Assembly (NCBI RefSeq): GCF_018350175.1 | Contig: NC_058368.1 | Location: forward strand, 179,926,001-179,990,000 | Direction: 5' to 3' | Origin: Felis catus | Taxonomy: Eukaryota | Length of the DNA: 64,000 bases | Part shown: one piece after another, positions 39,554 through 49,900 of the stretch | How positions within the stretch are numbered: the first letter of the stretch is position 1 | How the letters are laid out: each line of letters opens with the position of its first letter | Made by a program: the position numbers and the translations under genes | Notes under the pieces: model-generated | Seen by the model: the letters and a program-made list of their open reading frames with translations, nothing else | Told to the model about the DNA's origin: nothing | Databases searched by the model: none

Positions 39554-40209
39554 ATTATAGACAGTAGTGTGGCTTTTGGCTATTTTTGGTGCTCAGCAGG
39601 TAACTTGACTGAATATTAATTTAAAATGGCCACCAAGGAATGGGGCTCAATTTTGTAATCACTCTCCCTAAAGGTTCTCACCTGTGGGAATTGTAAGTAT
39701 GGGCCCATGTTGACGACATTCTCCCAGTAAGAGAAAAATTTGTATTTTCTTTCATGTAGGCTTTTGATGGCTTCTCATATTTCAATCTCCTATCAGCTAG
39801 AGAAGTACAAAAAAGCATATGAGTCTGAACTGCTGCCCTCAGTCCAGAAAAAAATATATTGAATATCTCAAATAATAGATTCTTTGGTCTGGGACAGAAG
39901 AAGAGGGGATAAAGGGATAGGCTCAAAGCACAGAAGGATCTGAATAAGATGAACAGGAACTTTTTCTTAAGAATCTCATAAGAAATTGACCTCAGGCCAC
40001 GTAACTTCAGACCTGAAGGAGACTTTAGAGATTATATAAGATGAATTCCTGTATTTACTATTATTTATTTCAAAGGAAAGAAAACTAATGCCACAAAGAC
40101 ATTTTCAGAGCACATACATTTCATTACTTTCATACTCAAAACTTCCTTTTGGGCTAAATGTTATTCCCTCCATTTTACAAATGAAGAAACAGACGTGGGA
40201 ACATGAGTG

Positions 40210-40840
40210 CTGTTCGTAAACTGGGTGGTTTATAAACAGTCCAAGATCAGGGCGCCAGCAGATTCTGTGTCTGCTGAGGGCCTGCTTCCCAGAGGGCCGG
40301 CGGTCTTTTTGCTGTGACATCACGTGGCAGAGGGGGCAAGGAATCTTTTCAGGGCCCTTTTGTAAGGATACTAGTCTCATTCATGAGGGCTCTGCCCCAC
40401 TTCCTAATAACCACTTTAGAGGAGAGTTTTCAACATATAAATCTTGGGAGGGGGGAAGACACATTCAATCTATAGCATTCTACCCCTGGCCCCCCAAAAT
40501 GCATATCTTCTCACAAGGAAAATATGTTTCATTCCATCCTAATAGACTCAAACTCATTCCAGCATCAACTTAAAAATCTGAAATCCGAAGTCTCATCTAA
40601 ATCGAGGCTCAAGGTATAACTCACTTGGAGCGAATTCCTCTCTAGTTAGGAGCCTGGGAAATCAAACATGTGCTTCCAGAATGCAATGGTGGGACAGGCC
40701 TAGGACCAACATTCCCATTCCAAAAGGGAACAATAGTAAAGAAGAGAGGAATGACAAGTAGGTCCAGAGCAAGCCCAAAACCTTAAAACTCAATAATAAT
40801 CTTAGGCTCTGTGCTCTGCCCTTCAGGTCCACTGAGACAG
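40210..40840 (-). mobile_element. MaLR (MLT1A-like) 3' LTR (about 40210-40477) plus adjacent internal sequence (40478-about 40840)
   Basis: ttcaacatataaatcttggg...acattcaatctatagca LTR end, followed by the reverse complement of a polypurine tract (ttctacccctggcccccc) and MaLR-int text (caatggtgggacaggc, cattcccattccaaaaggga). Confidence 0.85.
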
Positions 40841-41819
40841 GTGTGAGTCACTTCATTCATCGGCTAGAAATTTATGGGCACCCCAGTCTTCTATTTTATT
40901 TAAAAAAAAAAAAGGGTAGCAAATGTTGAGACCCTCCAAAAAGTTACTTCACATGGGTTGGAAATATGAGTAAATTCAGAACATTTTAAAGTTCTACATG
41001 AGAGATTCATGTGATTCTCCTAAAGGGAGACAAAGCTCTTTGGAGGTCTGAGCAGGCCATTTCTGTGTTTCCTTGATATGGCCTTGACGGACTGTCAGGG
41101 AGAAATCCTGGACCAACCCAGAGTAGAGCTGCTTACATCCTGTATTTGAATGGAACCCAGCATCCCACCTGGGCTCTTATGCCTGAAGCTGTTTCGGTCC
41201 AGGAAGAAGTACTCAGCTCTGGCTGCCGTGTGTTGCTCATATTCACATGGCTGGAATAGTTTCTCTAGAGTCCAATGGGAAAATTTCTGAAACCCCTGTG
41301 GGGATGAAAAAATTTAAAAACTCCCAACAGTTTATGCTGATTGACTTGAAACCAGAAATAAAAAGCCAGAGATGTGGATGGTAACTTTCAAGCCTGTTAA
41401 CAAAAGTACTTTTCATCTTTCCAGTTTCTCACTCCCTTTCTCTTCCACCAGGGAGGAACCCCAGATGGTTATCACTCCAGAGTGTAACTAGGGAAACCAC
41501 AAACCTGCCCCAATTGCTATGGAGACAGCCTTTTTTATTTGTTTGGCCTCTGAGTATTCATGACATCAGCAAGGAGGCCAAGAAAAACACGGGTGCTTCT
41601 TACAAAGGCATTTTAATTCCCAGTGAGGAAAATTAAGAATGCACACTAGGACCTCTCAGCAACTTTCAGGGCTCCCACCAACCCCGCTGTGGGTATAGGT
41701 GTGTTTGTAAAGGGACAGCCCATTTTACAGGAGATGCAGTGAGGAGCCTTGAGTTGATGTCATTGATGTGCAGAGAATAAATCTGTTTCCGGTGGAGTCA
41801 GCCCCAGGGATACAACCGG

Positions 41820-41931
41820 GGAATGACCACCACAGTTTGCTGGGATGGATGAGTTCCCCAGGACGGGTGTCAGAAGTTTCAGTGCTAAAATGAGAAAGTT
41901 CCAGACACACCTTGGCAAGCTGGACATCCTA
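41820..41931. mobile_element. MER81-like hAT-Blackjack MITE
   Basis: tttcagtgctaaaatgagaaagttcc core with degenerate ...gacatccta terminus. Confidence 0.6.
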
Positions 41932-44900
41932 GGTATAAAAGCACTTTGTTCCTAGTATCACAAGAAAGGGACACAAAAAAAGGACGGATTTGAGATCAAC
42001 CTCAAAACAGGAGAGCACATTTTGCAACAAACACCAAACTTCCTTGATCCTGTGGTCTACGAGTGGCCACTAAGTGAATGAAACTCTCCTCCACATGAAT
42101 ATAGGGTGTTTTTGTTTGATCTGCTTTTGTTTGGTCGGTTGGTTGTTTTTGTTGTTGTTTTATTTATCTAGAAATGCTAGAAATTGGTTTCAAATGGATA
42201 CTCGTCCAAATTAAATGAGAGCTCAGCTTCTTCCTAGCAACTATCCTTCATGCTAAATTGGTTTGCAGGGATTTTCCCCCTGCATTTTTCAGCACAAATT
42301 CATTTGCCAAATCCCCAACAAACCGGAAACTATGTAAACACAGAAGTGGAGTTATTGATATTTCCCAGTGATGTGTAAAACACCCCTTTATTCTCCAAGG
42401 TCTGGCGTGCCTCTTTGGTGCTAATCCATCATCTGTGTTTGCATTATTGCAGAGCTTGGTTTCAGGAGCATGTACTGGAGTGGATGCAGTTATTCTCCTG
42501 CTGAGAAGTTGCATGTGTTGAACAGCAATGTGATACATACTTAATAAAAGGTATTATGCTAGGCATGTGGCAAAGTGTGCGTAAGGATGCTTGTTGAAAT
42601 AGATTCTGCTTCAATTTTTAAGTTAAGTTCTAAGCAGGATGTTCTGATCAGAGAGCTTAATTAACCTAGAATTCTGTCCTTTACAGAGTAAGTGTGGTTG
42701 GTTAAAATCTTTGGAATACTAACAATCACTTAATTATCTAAATATATCCGCAAATATGACTGGAGATGGGCACATTAAATTTCAGAGGTCGGCAGTCACT
42801 TTACCCATTTTATAATATGCATTTGCATTTATATGCATACAATAAGGAGATATTACATGTAATAATTATGTAAGAAAAATAGACATAAAGTTGTCATCTG
42901 TAGACAGGAATCTTTGTGGATACATAAATAATGCATGGATCGGTAAACATATCAATATGCATGTGTTCTTGGGTCTGGTGGACAAGTGTACCAAATGTGC
43001 AAAATAATAGATTCACCTCTTTTTGTTCATTTGAGATGTCATTTTAATGTGGAATTACAGTAGCTCCTTAATGATGAGAAGTAGTGACAATTCATTAGCA
43101 GACTGTGGCTTAGATCAAGTGTTTGGTTTGCCTACAAAGTGTGGCCAGTACTCAATTATATGGAGTGTATGCTTTCCTTTTGAACATATTTTTTCCCCTT
43201 TGCCAGTTAAAATAACCTTGAGCTTTTTTTTTCTTTTGAAGACCCCAGCCAGCAGCAGACAAATTGTTCTTCAGTAATGATTTTTTTTTAGAATCTTAAA
43301 CTGTCATTAAAAAAAAAACAAAAACAAAAACAAAAAAAAAAACCCTTCTGAAGCGCTACTAGATTTCTTGTTTTCTGCTTAAAGGACAATCGGATAATGA
43401 GAAGAAAAGAAACAGCATGTCAGGGCTACTTCATGTTTTGTCTTCTGGCTTGTTTTAAGAAAGCAGGGATTCCCTGGGGGTTTTTTGTTTGTATCTCTCT
43501 TTCTTTTTAATAGTTGCAACACTTTGAGTACACTCCCAGTACGTATGCATAGGAACATATATTTTTCATCAAAAATAAATCTGAATTGGTTTTTAGAATC
43601 CTCTTATATCTTTTAAGATAGTCAAGATGTAAAAACCGCATGTGTCGCTTCTCCCAAATATTTTCAAAGGATGTCGTACACTTTATTTTGTATCCTAGGC
43701 ACCTAATACAGTATGAACATCTACGAACACTCAGTTGCTCTTATGGGTTAATTAATTGTTGGATTCTGAGACCATAGGCTTGCTTTGAATTTCTCTTGTG
43801 AATTTCATGCGAAGTCCTTCTACTTACTGTGCGCATTTTATGGAGATAGTTTTGCTCGGAAATTAGCAAACCGTTTAATTCCAAAGAGCGCTGAACCTTA
43901 GCTACTTCTCCCATTTAACGTGAGGGCTGCAGTGACGGCAGCTGCAGTCCTGGAGCAAACACTGCGGCTGGATTGGGGGCCGGAGCAACAGTGCCCTTAG
44001 GCTAAGTTTAACCATCCAAGGGCGGAGATGCTGGGGTCGCCCAGAACATCTGGATGAAAAGGAAACATCTGGATGGATGTGCCTTGGTATGTAGACCTTG
44101 TATCTAGATGACTAGTTGAGAATTCTACTTTTCTTCCAGATATCCAAAGCCTGTTTCTGGAGATTTCTGTCTTCGAGGTATTTCTTCCTCATGGGGACTC
44201 AAATGCATCAGGGAAATCATGAGATTTTCTTTCTGCCTTTGTTCTTGTTGTAGGATGGTGGTGGTGGTTAGGAGATAGGTACATTGCTCTTAATATTGTA
44301 ATCAGTTTTTTTAAACCCTTTTTAAAGGATTTAGATCTGCTTCTTTAAGTTTTTGAAGTGCAAAAATATTTCTGTCCTGCCTCAATTGTGAAATTTGAAA
44401 CTGTGATTGAAAGAGATGAATCGTGATAATGTTATGCTTATGAATGGGAATTCTTACAAAAGCACTATCTCCCTGTCTGCTGTGGGTGAAGATTATTTTA
44501 GGTCCTCACTCACGCTGGCTTTCCCTTCTGACTTGTTTATATTCTCAGAGTATAAAAATACAGTAGTCAGAAAGCTCCTCTCAGGGAGTCTGCATTTAGT
44601 TCTTGTCAGAGGAGTCCTTTCTAAATGGACTCTGGTATCATTTTAGCACACATTGTTTGCTGAAATCTGAGCTGCCCAGGGAAATTAGAGCAGTTAATTT
44701 AATATTGTGAACGTTTTGGGGCTTCCAGGCTTAGTCACAGGCAGAAAAGTGTAAATCAAATTGAGTTTTCTGTATAAAGTAGATGACAATGAAAGTTGCT
44801 TCCAAAAACCAGCCCAGCTTTCCCCCATCTGCTGCCTTCCTGCTCCTCATCTTCACGCTGGGCCCACAGAAATTCACGTTATTCCAACCTTCTCCCCAGA

Positions 44901-46322
44901 TGCTCCCTCAGGGGAGGTCTGTGTGGCAGAAAGCTCCCAGTGTGGTCGTAAAGGGAATGCTACCACCATTACCCCCTGTTAATAGGGCCATAGGGCCGCA
45001 GCCAGGACTGTGGAGCTCATGGCTTAGCGTCTCCCACCATGTAGTCTGAGCCCAGCCCTGCTGTACTTCAGCACAAGGACTTACCCCTGCAACCACGCGT
45101 GACCAGCTGGGAAGTCCCTGGCAGTGTGCTAGGCACCAGGGCAGGCTGTTTTGTATGGTAAAATTGGATTCGGTAACAGTGCAATATATACCTCTTACTG
45201 CCATGGGAAAAATAGAGCGCCATCAGGCATCCTAAGACTGCCGAGTTCTCTGTGCTCCCCTTTCTAGAGTTCCTTTTGCACATACAAGCCTCCTGAGTAA
45301 TGGAGTAGGGAGTGAGCAATGGGCTTTTTGCTTTGTTATTGAGAGGATCTTTGAAGGAGTCCTTTCAAAGCCATGAATTGGACCTTTGACCTGAGAGCTT
45401 AGAACACAGTTCAGCAGCCTCCATCAACCCCCAGAAACAAACTGCTAGCTAAGTCAAAGGCTTTGGCCTTAGCTCTGGCAGATTCTCTGTGTGTTTAGTC
45501 GTGCTCCACTCCTAACACCTGCAAAGAAATGCTGGGCTTGCATTTATTTTGTACTCCCTACTCCATGCTTCAGGACTAACTTTTGCATGTCTGAGATGTA
45601 ATTTTGAAAGAAAAAGAACCCTTATCTGAACCAAGCGTGTATTTACTTTGCTTTAGGGGCTAGTTTATTTGCATGAAATACCAGGATTGATTACAGACAA
45701 TTAATGACCTTTTTATGAACACTCTGATACTTGGTGCCATAAAGATATTATAGCTGGACAGTGAAGTAATTCTCAGGTTTTCGTTTGCTTGACGTGACCC
45801 TCCTAGGCCTTGTACCCCTGTAGACTTCCCTGATGAACAATGCAGATGGGGAACGACTGACAACTGAGGCTGGGAGACTGTTTATCTGTGAGTAGAGTGA
45901 AAGGACACAATCTTGGTTATAATAAATGTTTTCCAGAAGAGCACACTTCTGCATAAATATTTGAAATTTTGATACATTTCATACATTCTAAACCAGTCTA
46001 TAAAAATACATGTACAGAGATGCTTCTGATATTAAAGCTCGGTTTTCCCCATTACTAATAAACGAGTAGGTGCCAACTCGTGCCACCCACTGAACCTGTT
46101 TAAACATCATGGCACACTGATCATGTGTGACACCTCTCTGCTTTCAGCCTCACAGCGACCAAGCCCCACCTAAGACTCTGTCCCCACTGTGCCAGTACCC
46201 TTGGTGGCCAGGCTCCAATGGGACGCTGACTAGTGGGTTTTGATTTTCATCTTTCGCACGTGTCCTTTCCCTCACCCTTTTTAATCTCTTTCCACCACTT
46301 AATTCTTTCCCTTCTTTCTTTC

Positions 46323-46526
46323 TTTTTTTTTTTTTTTTTTGAAGTTTTTTACTTATTTGAGAGAGAGAGAGAGAGCAGGGAGGGGCAGAGAGAGAGGGAG
46401 AGAGAATCCCAAGCAGGCTCCCCACCAGCAGCCCTGACTCAGGGCTCAAACTCAGAACCATGAGATCATGACCTGAGACGAAACCAAGAGCTGGGCACTT
46501 AACTGACTAAGCAGCCCAGGTGCCCC
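46323..46526 (-). mobile_element. CAN-SINE, antisense
   Basis: T tail, (GA)n, gagaatcccaagcaggctcc...cttaactgactaagcagcccaggtgcccc. Confidence 0.92.
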
Positions 46527-47999
46527 TCCTTTTTTTTTTTTTTCTAGGAGTTTCTCTTCTCCCCTGCAGATTGCATTCTTTCCATATAACATTCTGTATA
46601 CTTAGAGCATCCTGTTTGGTTTCTGGTGCTCAAAAAGAAAAGGAATAGAACATACCTGACAGATCCAGCAAATAAATAACATTCTAAAAGCAAGGACCTC
46701 TCTCTGAAATGTCTGCCCCAAAGCAGATAGATGCACGACAAACTGCCATCTCTACGACACTCTCCTAGACTTCTCAATGTGATGATTTAGAAACTTTTCT
46801 ATTTAGGAGGATGCGGCCATTTTTGCCGAATTCAGCATATTTATTGAACAATTTCTTGGAGCCAAAAGCCAACTCCACTGTATTTCTGCTTGGTAAGGTT
46901 TGGTGGCCTTGGTATGGGGCGGGGGTTGTTGATTCATCGGCCCTTAAACTGATGATAAATCTAGAAACTGGGCAGCAGTACTAGGCTGCCTTAATAGAAC
47001 CTTTTCAGGGAATCAGCAGCCTCAGTACTTACGGGAAATCTTTGGAAAGGATATCCAGCAAACTCATGTGAAGAAAAACTCCGGAAGAATTCCGGGTAGC
47101 AAGAACACTGAGATTTCGCATGAGTAGGCATCAGCGAGAACTCTGAACACTCGATGTAGAAGTTGCCGACCTAAAGAGTGCTTCTGCTTCATGAGATACC
47201 CATTTCCTGTTTATTTTTAAGGCCTAAATGTCTAAGTCTCATATCGTGAGCATTTATTGGGATGATTCCATTCCCTGTAATATCGTGACAGAGCCCATCT
47301 GTTGTGACACACGACATCAGTCTAATTGTATGTGTTTCATCCACGTGCACGTACAGAATCCTGTATCTATCTGGTTTCTCGATGAGAAAAGTATTTTAAA
47401 TCCTCCTTCCTGCTGCAGAATATAAAACCCTCTGTGAGGGTTACCGAGTGTTATCATTGATACATGTTTTGCACGGAGTTGTTGGGATAAATGAGTACAA
47501 GTCATAAGTGAAAATGCCAACATCAGGCAATCCCTCCACCTGAGAGGGGCTGATTTTTTCTAAGACAAAAGAAAAAAAAAGTCTATAAGGGAGTTTTCTC
47601 AGTACAGCCATACTTCTTTAGGCCATTCCCCCCAAAGACCGTGGTATGTTCTGTACACAAAATGCAATAGACAATCTGGTGCTAATACACATTTTCTATA
47701 TCCTGTCTTTTAGCAAACAAATTACTGATATATAACATGATATTTGAGTTGGAATGTGGTCTTGACTTACACATCAGATCTATTTTGATTTAGAGATAAT
47801 GGTGTATATTTGTTATCCTTCAACTAAAATACCTCAATTGCCAACTAGAATGTACATTAGTCAAGACATCCTTTTAAAAGACATTATTTTCATGCTCATA
47901 AGATGGAAAGGAAAATTTAAAAAAAGGAATCCTGAAATAGGTGCATTTAATTCTCCCCAATTTAAATTTAAGTGGTACATCTTTAAGGCAATAACAATA

Positions 48000-48495
48000 T
48001 TCCTTTTTTCCCCCATCAGGAATGCTTCCATCAATGGATTTCTTTAATGTTGATGGTGGTTGGTGCAGTTTGAGGGAATCTGTATTTAGTCAGAAAATGC
48101 TTCAATAGAATGACCTACCAGATGGGCCCCATAACAAAGCACGGAGGCATCAAACCACCACAGACATTTGGTGCTTAGAATAATAAAAAGACTATAAAAT
48201 TAGATTAGTTGAGTCTAATTTGGAATTGGTATATTCCCCATGCACCCTCGCTGCTCTTGGGCAGATAAAGCCTTGAGATTTAGCACTGTGTCAGAGCAGA
48301 AGACTGCAACTTCCAGTAAAGGGAGACGAGGGAGAGGGAGAGAGGGAAAAAAGCATTCTGGGAGGTCGCGGAGGGCAGAGCAGTGACCTCCAATGATTTA
48401 CAGGCCTTTAGCTTAATGAAATTGTTTCAGTGACATGACGGTAAGAGCTCGTAATGGATTGGATGCCCTAATGTAATGAAATTACTCCCTTCTGC

Positions 48496-48536
<41 letters not shown>

Positions 48537-48790
48537 CGCAATTAATATTTACTGAGACCTGACAGCCTTTGGTGCGCTCGTCTGTGTAGTTCTCTCAGAC
48601 AGTCAGAGAGCAGAGACGGAGCAGCGTGGCAGACAAGCTGGCTCTGCGCGAGCTCCTGGCGGGGACGAGCAGAGCCTGCCAGGGGTGGAGGGACAGGCGC
48701 TAGGGTGGCCGGGGACGCCCGGCCCGGGCCGCCCGGCTCCTCGGCGCTGCCCCCACTCAGCCTTCATGCCCTCCCCTTGCTTTTCCACAG
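48000..48790 (+). promoter_or_regulatory. Candidate internal (alternative) promoter upstream of exon 6, probable orthologue of the motor-neuron pri-miR-218-2 promoter
   Basis: Repeat-free; TAATGAAATT at 48414 and 48474; TGATTTAC 48394-48401; CCAAT 48390; A38 48498-48535; ATTAATATTT 48541-48550; TGACAG near 48560; CpG-rich 48570-48960. Position agrees with recalled mouse literature. Confidence 0.7.
48498..48535. repeat. A38 homopolymer within the candidate promoter
   Basis: Counted directly; no adjacent SINE/L1 body. Confidence 0.95.
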
Positions 48791-48960
48791 GCAACTGGAC
48801 AACAACCACATCAGCTGCATTGAAGATGGAGCCTTCCGAGCGCTGCGCGATTTGGAGATCCTGTGAGTTGATTTTGCGACCGCTGCCTTGTGTGCGTGTG
48901 CGTGTGTGTGTTGTCCGTGTGAGGAGGAAAGAGGGGGAGTGTGTGTGCAGGGGGGTCCGT
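48570..48960. promoter_or_regulatory. Small intragenic CpG-island-like segment spanning exon 6
   Basis: High GC and dense CpG (gcgcgagc, cggggacgcccggcccgggccgcccggc, gcgctgcgcga) against a CpG-depleted background. Confidence 0.75.
48791..48862 (+). CDS. SLIT3: SLIT3 coding exon (exon 6), one LRR: (L)[23 protein letters not shown](L)
   Basis: Acceptor ccttgcttttccacAG ending 48790; donor CT|GTGAGT at 48863; 72 nt, phase 2/2; joins exon 5 in frame (TT+G = Leu). Confidence 0.97.
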
Positions 48961-49729
48961 GTGGATGCCTTTCTGTGTCTTCTGCTGCAGTGCTATTAAA
49001 ATTGGGAACCGGGAGATCCCTCTGGCTCACCTTGGCCAAAGTGTTCGCAGGCAGCAAAGTGTGATTTCTCACCTCCCACAAACTGGGGTTCCTGCTAATT
49101 AAGTCTCAATTGAGTCCTTTCTCCCCCGGTGCTCCCGCGGTATTTGTTGCTGGGTGGAACAGATGGGCTGGAATAGCCCCCCAGCGCCTGCCAGAGCATT
49201 CAGGGAGAGTGTGTTTGAGTGTGGGCATGGGAAGAGACAGGTTACAGGTCTGGGAGATGAGAGAGGGGTAAGACCAAGGGGTCAGTAGGAATCACCCAGA
49301 ATCACAAAGGGACCTTGGCACAGGGCAGGGGGCAGGGGGCAGGGGGGAATGCCAAACAGCCTGGTGAAATCTGGTCATTGCCATTGCTCCTGGGATCTCA
49401 TCTCGGGTTTAAATCCAAACTTTAAGCAGTAACCTTAAAGTGGCAGGGTGGGAGCAAGATGAGAAGAGGTGGAATCCCACCCTATATAGCTTGTCTAGAA
49501 AAAAAAAAATTTGTAGGTGCCTTTGTGTGCCCAGATTTTCAAATGGGTCCAACCTGATTTCCGAGGAGTCAGTGGGGATGGGGGGGAGGGTGGAACTCAG
49601 CTAGGAATCATCTTGGGGTCATTCAAACTAAAGTTGAATGTGTAAGAAAACATTTTGATTGTTGTCCCCAGAGCGACACTTCTAGCTGTCCCTGATTTGG
49701 AAAAGCCCGGAAAGGAAGGCAGTAAAGCC

Positions 49730-49900
49730 TAGTAGAACTTGTGTCAAGAGATGTGTGCTTCAGTCCCGACTCAGCCCCTAATTAGCTGTGTGACCTTGGG
49801 CAAGTCCCTTCTGCACTTGGGATCTCAGTTTTCCCGTTTGGAAAATAGAGGGTTTGTTGCTATATCTTGCAGGCGACTTCCCTTTTCCAAGCTCTGTCAC
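49730..49900 (+). mobile_element. MIR
   Basis: attagctgtgtgaccttgggcaagtcccttctgcacttgggatctcagttttcccgtttggaaaatagaggg. Confidence 0.8.

Noticed and set aside
44045..44075. Direct repeat aacatctggatg x2
   Set aside because: Short local duplication with no further structure.
45066..45086. REST/NRSE-like ttcagcacaaggac
   Set aside because: Wrong half-site spacing and a poor right half.
48685..48999. 104-aa ORF spanning exon 6
   Set aside because: Different frame from the SLIT3 exon and it runs into intronic GT repeats; only its ATG at 48766 is kept as a possible upstream ORF.
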